From a virus, in the IMG/VR virus record IMGVR_UViG_3300045988_129382, positions 64,001 to 128,000 of that record: DNA of 64,000 nucleotides; one strand, 5' to 3'. How positions within the stretch are numbered: the stretch's first letter is position 1; each line of letters opens with the position of its first letter. Made by a program: the position numbers and the translations under genes. Below are positions 1 through 10,822 of the stretch, piece by piece. Below the pieces are notes generated by a model, which ran no database searches, had not been told where the DNA came from, and saw nothing but the letters and a program-made list of their open reading frames with translations.

Positions 1-88
1 AAACCATATCGATATCTGTATGGATGGCAAAGAGTGGAATGAAAACAATCCTGGTGGTGCTAAAGATAATGGTGGTTATAGAGGTTAA
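1..88 (+). CDS. 3' end of an upstream gene (partial, enters from outside the window)
   Basis: Frame 2 is open from the window edge to TAA at 86-88 (...ENNPGGAKDNGGYRG*). Too short to name. Confidence 0.4.
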   Translation, partial: NHIDICMDGKEWNENNPGGAKDNGGYRG

Positions 89-96
89 TACTTTGT

Positions 97-912
97 ATGG
101 CTATAAATAGTAGTGATTTTTATGGTAGTCTACAAGCCCCTACAGAGTTAGGTGGTATATTTCGAGCTAGGGTTGAGAATAATGTAGACCCATTGGGTAT
201 TGGTAGAGTACAGGTACGTGTACCCATGATACATCGAACTGTTGCTAGTGGTGGTACCGCTACAGAATCACTTCCGTGGGCAAGCTATTGCTCTTCTATT
301 GGTGGTGGCTATAACTATGGTTCGTTTATTGTACCTGAGATAGGTGAGTATGTATGGGTGATGTTCGAGGATATGGACTCAAATAAACCTGTATATTTGG
401 GTTCTGTGTTTGGTACTGATTCTACATTAGAGAAGAGATATGGTAGTGAGAAGACTACTGGTATTTGGAATGGTGTAGTTGGTGCTAATGAAGTTCCTCT
501 TGAATCTCAACGTGAATCTCCTACTCATAAGATGATTTACAAATCGAGACATGGTTCTATGATGTACTTCGATACAGATGAAAAAACAAATTCAGTAGGT
601 ATCGAAGATGCTAATGACCAAAAATTCAAGATTTCTTCTGCTGAGGGTAAAGTGTTTACTCTCATGGAGGGTGAAAATAGTGTATTAGTTAAGATACATG
701 ATGGTAAAATTGATATAGGATATGAAGGTGGTAGGGGTATTCAAGTTATACCTGATAGTGGTGATATTGTGTTAAAAGCAAGTGGTGCCACTATTACGTT
801 ATCTGATTCTATCACTATGAAAGCTGATAGTGTTAATGTTAAGTCTAGTTCATTTAAGGTTAATTCTAACAGTATTCGTATGCAAGCTGGTAGCATTAAG
901 ATTATAGAATAA
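97..912 (+). CDS. Baseplate central spike/hub protein, gp5 / gpV (VgrG-like OB-fold) family
   Basis: 'FRARVENNVDPLGIGRVQVRVPM' fits the DP..GRV.VR.P signature of phage baseplate V/gp5 spikes. It lies immediately upstream of the gp25-like and J-like genes. Confidence 0.7.
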   Translation: MAINSSDFYGSLQAPTELGGIFRARVENNVDPLGIGRVQVRVPMIHRTVASGGTATESLPWASYCSSIGGGYNYGSFIVPEIGEYVWVMFEDMDSNKPVYLGSVFGTDSTLEKRYGSEKTTGIWNGVVGANEVPLESQRESPTHKMIYKSRHGSMMYFDTDEKTNSVGIEDANDQKFKISSAEGKVFTLMEGENSVLVKIHDGKIDIGYEGGRGIQVIPDSGDIVLKASGATITLSDSITMKADSVNVKSSSFKVNSNSIRMQAGSIKIIE

Positions 913-989
913 ATACCTATTTACATATATGGGTTTATATGTTATACTCTTTGTATAGTTAAGTTTTTCTTTTCATTTTTCTTAACTAT

Positions 990-1015
990 GGGGAGTTCTC
1001 CGAAAAGAACTCCCC
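990..1015 (+). terminator. GC-rich hairpin (GGGGAGTTCT-ccgaaa-AGAACTCCCC), possible terminator or processing site
   Basis: Perfect 10-bp stem read directly from the sequence. Only a weak T-run follows. Confidence 0.4.
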
Positions 1016-1049
1016 GCTCCTTTCGATATAACATAATACAATCCTTAAA

Positions 1050-1087
1050 ATAGCGTACACGTTTTATATATGTGTACGCTATTTTTT
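1050..1087 (+). terminator. Rho-independent terminator
   Basis: ATAGCGTACAC / GTGTACGCTAT 11-bp stem followed by TTTTT, in the intergenic gap after the spike gene. Confidence 0.7.
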
Positions 1088-1145
1088 GTGTTAATTTCAC
1101 TATATGAATTAATTATATATTAATGGGAGAGGTATAGGTGATAAT

Positions 1146-1625
1146 ATGGCTTTTTATTATAATGAGGAATTTAAAGATACAATAGCTGGTAGTGGATTAT
1201 CCCTATCAAAAACATTTAAACAGAATTTACGAGATGGTAAGGGTATAACAAATGTAATTAGTGGGGAAGATAAGATTAATGAAAGTATCTACACTATACT
1301 ATCTACAAGGGTTGGGGAGAGGTTTTTTCTTCCTGAATTTGGTAGTCGGTTACATTTAGTTGTATTTGAGCAAAATAGATTTGTAGCACATGATTTAGTT
1401 TCAATTTACGTGAAGGAAGCTTTAGGGAATTGGGAGAAAAGAATTGTTGTAGAGGATGTTAGTATTGGGAATAATTGGGAAGATTCAAATATCGTACCAG
1501 TACATATAACATATAGGTTAGCTAATAGTAATATCATAGGTTCATACGTATACCCATTTAATAGGACGATTGATGGTGTAGATATGTATGAATTCGGTGG
1601 TGCTGTTAGTACTACATCATACTAG
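1146..1625 (+). CDS. Baseplate wedge protein, gp25 / GPW family
   Basis: 'INESIYTILSTRVGERFFLPEFGSRLHLVVFE' matches the conserved GPW_gp25 core (iL.T..GER...P.fGs.l). AGGTGA RBS. Confidence 0.8.
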   Translation: MAFYYNEEFKDTIAGSGLSLSKTFKQNLRDGKGITNVISGEDKINESIYTILSTRVGERFFLPEFGSRLHLVVFEQNRFVAHDLVSIYVKEALGNWEKRIVVEDVSIGNNWEDSNIVPVHITYRLANSNIIGSYVYPFNRTIDGVDMYEFGGAVSTTSY

Positions 1626-1640
1626 AAAGGGGGTTAGTTT

Positions 1641-3086
1641 TTGGCTAATAGTAATAATACATTGTCTTATACAAATAGGGATATTGTTAGTATTCGTAAA
1701 GAATTGATTAACGCTATACCTAAGTTGACAGATAGGTGGACAGATTTTAATGAATCTGACTTAGGTATTACACTTATTGAGTTAATGGCTGGTGTACAGG
1801 ATATGCAGAACTTTTATCTTGATGCACAGGCTTTTGAGACATATTTAGATACAGCTGTTCAAGATAAGAATGTACGAGCATTACTTCGGTCTATGAATTA
1901 TAGAATACCATTAGCAAAATCATCTGAGTGTAAGGTAAGGATTGTATTTGTTAATAATGATGATAGAGAGATTACTATACCTAAGTACACTTCTTTCACT
2001 AGTAGTATTAATTCTAGTATTGTAAACTTTGTAGCTAAAGATACAATTACACGTAGTGGTCAGTTTGATTACATCGATATTCCAGTTATGGAAGGTGTAG
2101 CAAGGTCTATTACATGGTCTAAAGATGATTTCACTAGTAATAGAAATGTTGATGGTGATATTTCAAGACGTATCTATTTGGGATATAAGAATGTTTCAGA
2201 TGGTTCTGTTGAAATAGTGCAACATGGTAACGTATGGAAAGAGTGTAATGATGCATTACTAAAATACGAGGGTGGCAGATGGTATTCTGTACATGTTGAT
2301 AGCGATGGACAGGTATATGTGTTAATGTCTGTAAACTTCTTACAGTTAATTGAAGATGGTGAGAGTTTAGATATTAATTTTGTAACAACAAATGGTATTA
2401 ATGGTATTATCGATATGGATGTGATAGATACTATTAATATGAATATACAAGATGTACAAAGGATATATAATACAACAAAGTCATATGATGCATCAAACTC
2501 ACCTAGTAGTGCTGATTTACAAAACATGAAAGTTCTTGCTAGACGTAATGCTATTACTATGGATAGGTATATTACTTTAGAGGATTTTGAGACGGCAGTA
2601 TATGAACAGCCTTATGTGTTTCAGGCTGTAGTTAAAGATTGGAAGTATTCTGATTATGTTACAGAGCCTTATATTGTTAAGGTGTGGGCAGTTAACACTT
2701 TGGGTGAATCTTTAGGTGAGTTAACACGAGAAAAGTTAAAGAAAGAATTAATGTCTAAGGCTATTGCTGATGTGACTGTTCACGTATTAGAGGTTGAGAG
2801 TGTTGACTTTAATATTGATGTTGACGTTGTATTATCTCTAGATAATGAGACAGCTAGAGAAAGGCTTAGGTCTGAGATAGCATCATACTTGTATATGACA
2901 TATCGTGCTGAGAATATGTCTTTTGGTAGAGACATATCTTATTCACTTATGACATCTAGGGTTAAGGCTTATTCTCCTTATATTAAAGATGTATTGGTGA
3001 GAACACCTAATAAAGATGTTGAGGTTGGTAATATACAATTCCCTAAATTGGGTAAGGTAACAGTTAGGGTTGTAGAAGAATTGTAG
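1641..3086 (+). CDS. Baseplate J-like (gp6-like) wedge protein
   Basis: TTG start after an AAAGGGGG RBS. The N-terminal 'DFNESDLGITLIELMAGVQD' region is typical of Baseplate_J proteins. It follows the gp25-like gene, the usual synteny. Confidence 0.7.
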   Translation: MANSNNTLSYTNRDIVSIRKELINAIPKLTDRWTDFNESDLGITLIELMAGVQDMQNFYLDAQAFETYLDTAVQDKNVRALLRSMNYRIPLAKSSECKVRIVFVNNDDREITIPKYTSFTSSINSSIVNFVAKDTITRSGQFDYIDIPVMEGVARSITWSKDDFTSNRNVDGDISRRIYLGYKNVSDGSVEIVQHGNVWKECNDALLKYEGGRWYSVHVDSDGQVYVLMSVNFLQLIEDGESLDINFVTTNGINGIIDMDVIDTINMNIQDVQRIYNTTKSYDASNSPSSADLQNMKVLARRNAITMDRYITLEDFETAVYEQPYVFQAVVKDWKYSDYVTEPYIVKVWAVNTLGESLGELTREKLKKELMSKAIADVTVHVLEVESVDFNIDVDVVLSLDNETARERLRSEIASYLYMTYRAENMSFGRDISYSLMTSRVKAYSPYIKDVLVRTPNKDVEVGNIQFPKLGKVTVRVVEEL

Positions 3087-3095
3087 GGGTTATGT

Positions 3096-4421
3096 ATGAA
3101 GCTAATTGATAGAATAAAAAATAGTAAATACATGACTTTAATACCTGAGAAGTATAGAGAGAATGAAAATTTCTTAGTTTTCTTCTACTTGTTAACACAA
3201 CAGTTTGATATTAATGAAGAGAACATACGGAATTTCACCTCATTAATTAATAATGATAAAGTACCTATGAAGTTTCTACAGTCTTTGGGTGCTTTTAATA
3301 ATTATACTTATCAGCATTTAGCTAAGAATGATTTCAATAGAGAACTTTCAATGCGTATGTTTAACATTTGGGAGCAGAGGGGTTCTAAAAAATCAATTAT
3401 AGACGCCGCAACGTGGGGTGATAATGTTGGTTGGGTTGGTGGTGACTTATGGATTCCTGGTTATTATCAGCCATCACAGTCTGCTACATTTGAGTTGCCA
3501 CGTGATAAAATCTTTAGGCATAGCATATCTAAGTTTTCAAGTACACATGTATTTGAAGATGGCAAAACATATATGCCTGGAATTATACTATTGTCTGTTC
3601 CAAATCTAACTAAGGAAGTTAAACGTAGGATTTATGAAGTAACACCTGCTGGTAGGAAGTATATATTTCAGATTGAGTCATCATTCTTTCCTAATGATGG
3701 GATAGATAATTTAGAGATAGGTTCTTTTAATGAATTATCTTTCTACAAGAAAATGAGGATATATCCTAAGAATGTGTTTGAAGAAAATCCACCATATGAT
3801 AGGGATACTGACATAGATTTCACTTATGAGATAGATATGTTAGTTGATATGGAAGAGCTTTGGGATATTCTTATTCACAGTGAGACTAGAGGTCGTAGGT
3901 ATCATAGTGGTCATTTGACTAATATTACAAATAACGAATATATTATGAATATGGCATGTTCTACGTTACCTATTTCTGTATTAACACATAAGTTTTCTGT
4001 TGATGGGAATGATAGTTTAACAGATAGTAGTTATAAAAAGGCTGATACTGGTGAGTATTTAGATACGTATAATAATAAGGGTATTGACTCTATTACACGT
4101 GATATTAATAGTGTTTATAGTAACAGTTTAGATTTAGACGTACATAAAGAGGTACGTCTGACTGCAATACGTAGTGAGAATTCATCTATAAGGTCTAAGC
4201 ATGGTAAGATGAGTGGTATAACTACTAGTGTTGTTGATGCTTTTGTTGAAGCAGAGCCTATTTTACCTAGTGACTCTTTATATTCAGTTGATGATGTAGC
4301 TGATTTACATGAGTGGGATTATAGAGATGAATTTTATTCTCATGGTGTTGAGTTAAATACAGATAGGGATTTATCTGTTAGATTAGAGTTTACACATACT
4401 TCATTTAGTAGTATTTCTTAG
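3096..4421 (+). CDS. Baseplate / fibre-attachment protein (occupies the position of P2 gpI-like proteins)
   Basis: 441-aa ORF directly after the J-like gene. Assigned by synteny only; no sharp motif. Confidence 0.4.
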   Translation: MKLIDRIKNSKYMTLIPEKYRENENFLVFFYLLTQQFDINEENIRNFTSLINNDKVPMKFLQSLGAFNNYTYQHLAKNDFNRELSMRMFNIWEQRGSKKSIIDAATWGDNVGWVGGDLWIPGYYQPSQSATFELPRDKIFRHSISKFSSTHVFEDGKTYMPGIILLSVPNLTKEVKRRIYEVTPAGRKYIFQIESSFFPNDGIDNLEIGSFNELSFYKKMRIYPKNVFEENPPYDRDTDIDFTYEIDMLVDMEELWDILIHSETRGRRYHSGHLTNITNNEYIMNMACSTLPISVLTHKFSVDGNDSLTDSSYKKADTGEYLDTYNNKGIDSITRDINSVYSNSLDLDVHKEVRLTAIRSENSSIRSKHGKMSGITTSVVDAFVEAEPILPSDSLYSVDDVADLHEWDYRDEFYSHGVELNTDRDLSVRLEFTHTSFSSIS

Positions 4422-4491
4422 GTGTTTAAGTAATATATAATAGTATAATTTATTTTAGTATATAGAAAATATATTTAATGGGGGAACAGTT

Positions 4492-5034
4492 TTGGCTATT
4501 TGTACGTTAAAGGCACATGTTTCTAGGGCATTAGATTTTTACAATAAAGATGACATTTACTTCGCTATTGGTAAATCTACTCCGTGGAGTGCTAGTGATA
4601 TTGATAATTTTGATACAGCGAGGGATTATGAAAATAATCCACCTGTACCTAAAAATACAGATGACATGAAAGAGATTGTTGGTTTTAAAAAAGCTGAGTT
4701 TAAGGCTATGGTAGTTCAAGATGATAATGGTTCTTTGGAATATCGTGGTGTGAATTGGCGAATCGTTTCACCTACAGATGCTGTAACTGAAGGTGCTAGG
4801 TGGGTATATATCTCAACTGAGTTGTCTTATGATGAATTGCCAACAGATAAACCATATCGTCAAGTTGGTATTTATACTGGTTTAAAGAAATCTGGTTCTG
4901 TTCAGGGTAATGTGTACAATCTTCTACCTAATCAAGTATCAGATAAAGGTTTATTAGAGGTAATTGACTTTAGGAAGCCTGTATATCGTGATAGTGATGT
5001 TAGGGAAAAATTGAAAATTATCTTAGAGTTTTAG
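4492..5034 (+). CDS. Hypothetical structural protein
   Basis: 180-aa ORF with a TTG start after a GGGGGA RBS, inside the baseplate module. Confidence 0.55.
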   Translation: MAICTLKAHVSRALDFYNKDDIYFAIGKSTPWSASDIDNFDTARDYENNPPVPKNTDDMKEIVGFKKAEFKAMVVQDDNGSLEYRGVNWRIVSPTDAVTEGARWVYISTELSYDELPTDKPYRQVGIYTGLKKSGSVQGNVYNLLPNQVSDKGLLEVIDFRKPVYRDSDVREKLKIILEF

Positions 5035-5057
5035 TCGTGAAATGTTAGGAGATATAG

Positions 5058-8000
5058 ATGAGCGTTGTTTCACAAAGTCCTTATTATGATAGGTATGATG
5101 ACGTAAATTCAGAGCATAGGAAAGCTGGGTATACTAGAGTTTTAGCTATTCCCGGTAGGGCAGAACAGGCATCTGAGTTTAATGAAATTCAGTCTATTCA
5201 AGAGGATTATTTATCACGTATTGGCGATTCCTTATATAAAGATGGGTTTGTCATTAGTGGTTGTGAAGTAAATATTGCAAATAATTTTATCACTATTGGT
5301 GCTGGTAGAATTTATTTAGGTGGTTTAATTCGCAACACAGATGAAGTTAAATTAGCGATTACAGGTGTTGGTAAAGAGAGAGTTGTAGCTACATTAGTTA
5401 CTAGTGTTGTTACTGCTACGCAAGATAGTTCTTTACGTGACCCTGCCCAAAATGCTGAGAACTACAATCAAGTTGGTGCTAATCGGTTAAAACAAGTTGT
5501 AGCTTTCTCAGTTATTAGCGATTCTAGTGCTTTGGGTGATTATTCTGCTGTAGTATACAACTTAAATGATGGAGTTGTAGTAAAAGAGGCTAAAACAGAT
5601 AACTATTCCATTTTAAATGATGTACTTGCTAAACGTACATATGATGAAAATGGTAACTATAAAGTAGATGGGTTAGACCTACAGTCTGTTACTGAAGATG
5701 AAGGTGACAAGATTCGGTTGTATGTGAGTGCTGGTAAGGCTTATATTCGTGGTTATGACGTAACTAAGCCAGCTATGAGTAGTATTTTATTGAATAAATC
5801 AAAATCTACTAGGGTAGTTACAAGTGAATCTCACTATTTTAAATCTTCAATTCGTAAATATAAGCTTTCTAATTCACCAGTAGCATCAATTCAAAACTTT
5901 ACTGCTAGTGTTCTTGTAACAGGCGAACGTAAGTTTAGGGGTAATGTTAAAGGTGGTCAAGAGGCTTTAAATAATACACCTGTACAAAGTATTGTTAGTG
6001 TTTATACTAAAAACGCACAAAACAATAAAGAAACTGTATATGTTGCTGGTAGGGATTATTCTTTGTATTCAGACCAAGTGGATTGGTCTTTAACAGGTGA
6101 TGGTGCTACTGAGCCTGTTCAAGGTACTACATATTATGTAGATTACATCTTCAACTATTCTATGCGTGAGGGTACTGATTTTAGGGTTGAAAATACAGTT
6201 GATGGTTCATACATTGTATTGCTAGACAATGGTAGTAAACCTACAGAAAACTCTTTGATGTACTTTACATATAACTTCACATTAGCTAGACGTGATTTAA
6301 TTTTGTTAGATAGCGATGGTTATTTGAGTGTTATTGAGGGTACACCTGATAGGGTTGAGGATTTAATTATCCCATATAATGGTTCATCTGCATACTTAGA
6401 ATTAGGTTATGTTGACGTATATCCTACTGATGCTTTAGGTACAAGTACAAGTGGCACTAAGTTGTCTAGCGTAACAAATTATGATGGTGTTAGGTTAACA
6501 CAGGATAACTTGTTATTAATGATGCGTAGGATTAATAAGTTAGAGGATAGCATTGCATCATTAGATATGGAACGTAGTATTGAGGCTGGTGAGGATTTAT
6601 CAAGTCTATCTGGTTACTTTACTGATAGCTTTGAAAATATCAATAAGTCAGATTTAACATATACAGATACAGCTAGTAGATTATCCTATACAGCTTGTAT
6701 TGACTTTGATAGAGGTGAGTTGACAACATCTGCAACTATTGGTAGTGTTGATATGACGATTGATGATAGGTCAAGTGATAGTTATGCTACATTTGGTAAC
6801 ATCATTTCTGCACCATATCAAAATGTATTGGCAGTTAGTCAGACATATGCTACTGGTACTATGAATGTTAATCCTTATGCTAGTTATGGGCCGATTTGTA
6901 AGATTGAGTTAGACCCTGCTATCGATAATTGGGTTAACACGAATAAAATTAATGTATTTAATACTGTTGAGGATGTTAAATACGATACAACAACTAAAGT
7001 ATATAGTCATGGTTATTGGTCTAGAAATGCTACTAAAAATCTTAGGGGTTATATGCGTACTGAACGTAAGGAAACAACAACTAAGGGTGAGGTTACAACT
7101 TCTAATAGTGTTTCTGAGTCAGTAGCTAAGTCAGTATATGAGTATATGCGTGTTAAGGATGTAAAAGTTAAAGGTTTTGCTTTTGGGCCGAACGCTAGAA
7201 ATATTAGAGGTTTATTTAATGGTAGACCTATTAGTTTGACTTCTACAGGCACAAGCACAACAGGTACATCTTATGTTGTTGAAGGTAAAACATATACAAC
7301 AGTTAATGCAGATGGTAATGGTACTGTAACTTGTAAGTTTACTGTGCCGGATAAAACTCCTTGTGGTACAGTAGCTTTCCAAATGCAAGCTACAAATTCT
7401 AGTGGTGAGGTTCATACAGGTACAGCTAACTATACCGCTAATGGTACTATTTTAACAACAACTGTTACAAATACAACTGCTGTTACACAACATTATAAAG
7501 TGTTGGTTGAGGTTGATAACTTATATGCTAATGACCCATTGGCACAGTCATTTATTATGGATAATGTATATGATAGGAACTTAGTTAAGTTAGATTTATA
7601 CTTCGCTAAAAAATCTTCTACAAGACCTGCTGTATTACAAATTCGTAATATGGTTAATGGCTATCCTGGTGAAAAAGTTTATGCTGAGGTAGTTATTGAC
7701 CCTAAAGATGTTAAAATTCCTACAGATAAGAATGTTCCTGTAGCTACTGAGGTAGTATTGAATCAGCCTGTATATTGCTACGCTAAACAATACTATTGTT
7801 TCGTAGTACTTTCTGATAGTAACGACTATGAAATGTACGTAGCTAATATGGGGGATAAATTCTTAGGTAAGAATGAGCAATTAGTTGTTAACCCATATGC
7901 TACTGGTGTATTATTCAGTTCTTCTAATGCTAGTACATGGACAGCACATCAAGGTACTGATTTGATGTTTAAATTATATCGTACTCAATATACAGGTAAT

Positions 8001-8726
8001 GGTGAGATTGTATTTAATAACGTACCTTTAACTGATATTACTGGTGTTATGTTGGATGCTTCTTATGAAGTTGATAGCGATAGTGATAGTAAAGACGTAT
8101 CTTCTAGTAGAACAGGTTTGAAATGGTTCTATCGTTTCACTAAAACAGGTGCTGGTGAGGTTCCATCTGATTGGTTGAGTATTGATACTTTGGTATTTAG
8201 GGATTTACAGTCTTATGCTAGGAATATTGACTTAAAGGCTGAAATTACAACTGATTTTAGTACATCACCATTTATTGCTAGAGATAGGGTTGCCCTACGT
8301 ACATTCTTAGATAGTAAACAGTCTACATATATTTCTAAATCTATTGATGAGACAAACTTCGCTAACCCTTATCAAGCATTGAAGATTAGTTATCAAGCCG
8401 CTTTACCACAAAATACATCTATGGAAGTATTTTATATGGATAAAGAAGATGGTGATTGGGTAAAATTAGCAACTGATAATAATACTGTTAATGTTGGTGG
8501 TAATACTGTTAAAACTGTATCTTTGGATTCCATTACAAATGTAGATGAAGAGTTTAAGCAGTATACATGGAATATTAATAAGATTAATAGCATGGTTACT
8601 AATAATGCATCTAGGGGTTCTAAGTTCTTTAAGATTAGAATTGACTTAAATACTACACAGGCATTTAATCGTCCTAGAGTTAAAAAGCTTGCTTGTATCT
8701 TTAAAGAAAAAGAATATAGGACTTAA
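5058..8726 (+). CDS. Large baseplate / adsorption-apparatus structural protein
   Basis: 1222-aa ORF with an AGGAG RBS. Its Ser/Thr/Asn/Val-rich, beta-type composition is typical of large baseplate proteins. A terminator follows. Confidence 0.6.
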   Translation: MSVVSQSPYYDRYDDVNSEHRKAGYTRVLAIPGRAEQASEFNEIQSIQEDYLSRIGDSLYKDGFVISGCEVNIANNFITIGAGRIYLGGLIRNTDEVKLAITGVGKERVVATLVTSVVTATQDSSLRDPAQNAENYNQVGANRLKQVVAFSVISDSSALGDYSAVVYNLNDGVVVKEAKTDNYSILNDVLAKRTYDENGNYKVDGLDLQSVTEDEGDKIRLYVSAGKAYIRGYDVTKPAMSSILLNKSKSTRVVTSESHYFKSSIRKYKLSNSPVASIQNFTASVLVTGERKFRGNVKGGQEALNNTPVQSIVSVYTKNAQNNKETVYVAGRDYSLYSDQVDWSLTGDGATEPVQGTTYYVDYIFNYSMREGTDFRVENTVDGSYIVLLDNGSKPTENSLMYFTYNFTLARRDLILLDSDGYLSVIEGTPDRVEDLIIPYNGSSAYLELGYVDVYPTDALGTSTSGTKLSSVTNYDGVRLTQDNLLLMMRRINKLEDSIASLDMERSIEAGEDLSSLSGYFTDSFENINKSDLTYTDTASRLSYTACIDFDRGELTTSATIGSVDMTIDDRSSDSYATFGNIISAPYQNVLAVSQTYATGTMNVNPYASYGPICKIELDPAIDNWVNTNKINVFNTVEDVKYDTTTKVYSHGYWSRNATKNLRGYMRTERKETTTKGEVTTSNSVSESVAKSVYEYMRVKDVKVKGFAFGPNARNIRGLFNGRPISLTSTGTSTTGTSYVVEGKTYTTVNADGNGTVTCKFTVPDKTPCGTVAFQMQATNSSGEVHTGTANYTANGTILTTTVTNTTAVTQHYKVLVEVDNLYANDPLAQSFIMDNVYDRNLVKLDLYFAKKSSTRPAVLQIRNMVNGYPGEKVYAEVVIDPKDVKIPTDKNVPVATEVVLNQPVYCYAKQYYCFVVLSDSNDYEMYVANMGDKFLGKNEQLVVNPYATGVLFSSSNASTWTAHQGTDLMFKLYRTQYTGNGEIVFNNVPLTDITGVMLDASYEVDSDSDSKDVSSSRTGLKWFYRFTKTGAGEVPSDWLSIDTLVFRDLQSYARNIDLKAEITTDFSTSPFIARDRVALRTFLDSKQSTYISKSIDETNFANPYQALKISYQAALPQNTSMEVFYMDKEDGDWVKLATDNNTVNVGGNTVKTVSLDSITNVDEEFKQYTWNINKINSMVTNNASRGSKFFKIRIDLNTTQAFNRPRVKKLACIFKEKEYRT

Positions 8727-8772
8727 TCTATAATTTTAGTTTAAGATTTCAAGTATATATAGTATTGATAGT

Positions 8773-8808
8773 ATAGAGATGTGGTTATGACTACATCTCT
8801 ATATTTTT
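8773..8808 (+). terminator. Rho-independent terminator
   Basis: ATAGAGATGT / ACATCTCTAT 10-bp stem followed by ATTTTTAT. Confidence 0.7.
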
Positions 8809-8836
8809 ATTACATAAGATAAGAGTGGGGGTTAAT

Positions 8837-9052
8837 ATGCCTGAAAGAGTACAAAGAATGTTCTGTACGATGTTTAAGAAGACAGATGAAGAGCAAAAGA
8901 ATTATGATGCTAGGTTAGAGTTGGCTAAGGCTAAAGAGGATTTAGCTGTAACAACTGATACTTTAAATAGAGCAATGCAGATGATAGAGAGCTTATCTAG
9001 TGAGTTATCATCTATACGAGAAGAGTTGAAAGATACAAAAGAGGGAAAATAA
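8837..9052 (+). CDS. Small charged coiled-coil protein
   Basis: ATG at 8837 is preceded by a GAGTGGGGG RBS. The track start at 8825 is a GTG inside that RBS. Confidence 0.55.
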   Translation: MPERVQRMFCTMFKKTDEEQKNYDARLELAKAKEDLAVTTDTLNRAMQMIESLSSELSSIREELKDTKEGK

Positions 9053-9990
9053 TGGGTGTTTTAAAGAGTTATAATTCTGATAACATAGATTGGAATATTG
9101 GTGCATTATATTCACATGATGATTATATACAAAAGTTATTTATTGTGATGAGAGAGTTAGGATTAGTCAATCCTATTAAATATGTATTTGGTACTATACC
9201 AACTGTATTAGTTGGGGGTAGGGTTACACCTAAAGATGCATCAATGGAAGATGCTTTTAAGATTATTGATAGATATAATCAGTTAGGTGTTGGTTGTAGG
9301 TTAACATTTTCTTCTATGTACGTAACTAAAGAAGATTTGAAAGATAGTGTTTCTAATCAACTAATGCAACATTTAGAGGATAACAATCAAAAATATGGGG
9401 TTAGAATGAATGGTATTATTTTGACATCTGAGTTGTTAGGTGAATATATCTATAATACTTATAATTCTTTAGAGTTAATTTCATCACAAGTTAAGCCGTC
9501 TGTTGAAGTTGGGTTAGGTAACGATACAGTAGATTATTATAATAGATTGTTTGATTTATTTGATATTGTGGTAGTAAATCCTAATAAATGGAATGATGCT
9601 AATATAATTCATGGGTTAAAACATATTGATAGAGTTGAGTTTATAACTAATCATAGGTGTTTCCCTGATTGTCCTAAGGCTGGAGAACATTATATTGCTC
9701 AGGTAGATTTAAGCAAAAAATTACTCAGTGGTGAGGATTGCTCATTAGAGAAAGATAAATTAGATACAATTAATACATGGTGTTTAGATGTTAGAGAGCG
9801 TTTTCCCTTGTTGGGTGTTTCAATGTCTGAATCCGAGATTAATTTATTAATAGATAATGGTGTTAAGCACTTTAAGTTAGAGGGAAGAGATAATGATACT
9901 TTCTGTTTTTTGAGAGATGTTGGTGACTACATTTTTAACAATCAATATTTCTCTAGGATAGCACATAGTATCATGGGTGAGGCTATATAG
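9052..9990 (+). CDS. Hypothetical protein (possibly a U32-peptidase-like TIM-barrel enzyme)
   Basis: 312-aa ORF overlapping the upstream stop codon. The C-terminal 'KHFKLEGRD' faintly resembles the KIEGR signature of U32-family proteins. This is weak evidence. Confidence 0.5.
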   Translation: MGVLKSYNSDNIDWNIGALYSHDDYIQKLFIVMRELGLVNPIKYVFGTIPTVLVGGRVTPKDASMEDAFKIIDRYNQLGVGCRLTFSSMYVTKEDLKDSVSNQLMQHLEDNNQKYGVRMNGIILTSELLGEYIYNTYNSLELISSQVKPSVEVGLGNDTVDYYNRLFDLFDIVVVNPNKWNDANIIHGLKHIDRVEFITNHRCFPDCPKAGEHYIAQVDLSKKLLSGEDCSLEKDKLDTINTWCLDVRERFPLLGVSMSESEINLLIDNGVKHFKLEGRDNDTFCFLRDVGDYIFNNQYFSRIAHSIMGEAI

Positions 9991-9991
9991 T

Positions 9992-10807
9992 ATGTCAACA
10001 AGAATAGAATCAGAAGATGGTGAGGAACTCTGGGGCCCAGATATTTTTGGTAAATACTCTATTGATAAGATAAAAGTAATTGCTGAAATATTAAAGGGTG
10101 TATTCAAAGATAATCCTATTACATTTGTCAATCAGTCTAAGGCTGATGATGACGTATATACAAAGACAGAAAGTAATACTCTTTTCATTTTAAAGAGTGA
10201 TTTTAATAATATTGCTGGTGATTTGGTAAAGTCATTAGCATCTAGCTACCTTAAAGAGTTAGCTAATACTCAGGGTGTTGCTAGTGTTACAGATGTTAGG
10301 ACATTAGAGAAAGTTTCTAATTATTTGACTAGAGCATGTTTTGGTCAGACATATACAGAAATTAAAGATTTAGCTAGTATGAGTATCGCTCCTTTACCTG
10401 ATAGGGTTCAACAAGTTGAGACTCAGATGGTTTCTATAGATACAAGAATAAATCATACTATGAATGTTGTATTTGAGACAAATAGAGATGGTTCTTTTTC
10501 TAGTGTTTCAAAGATAGCAACTAAAGAGGAGTTAAAGTCTATTAATGATAAAATGGGTAGTGGGAATGTGACAGTTAGGAATTCAAAGAATGTTATTGAT
10601 GCTGTTAATCGGTTGGATAAGAGTATTGTAGCATTAGAATCAATTTCTGACTTTGTAAATACATTATCTACGACTGTAAACACATTATCTAGTACAGTTG
10701 ATAGATTATCACGTACAGTTGATAGGATAGATACATTAGTTGGTAATGATGTGTTAAGGACAACTAGTAAAACAATTACTGGTGCTATTAATGAGTTAAA
10801 GGTGTAA
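9992..10807 (+). CDS. Tail-fibre-like coiled-coil structural protein
   Basis: ATG at 9992 after a GGTGAGG RBS. Heptad-like repeats 'VNTLSTTVNTLSSTVDRLSRTVDRIDTL'. Confidence 0.55.
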   Translation: MSTRIESEDGEELWGPDIFGKYSIDKIKVIAEILKGVFKDNPITFVNQSKADDDVYTKTESNTLFILKSDFNNIAGDLVKSLASSYLKELANTQGVASVTDVRTLEKVSNYLTRACFGQTYTEIKDLASMSIAPLPDRVQQVETQMVSIDTRINHTMNVVFETNRDGSFSSVSKIATKEELKSINDKMGSGNVTVRNSKNVIDAVNRLDKSIVALESISDFVNTLSTTVNTLSSTVDRLSRTVDRIDTLVGNDVLRTTSKTITGAINELKV

Positions 10808-10822
10808 GAGGGGTAGTAGTTA

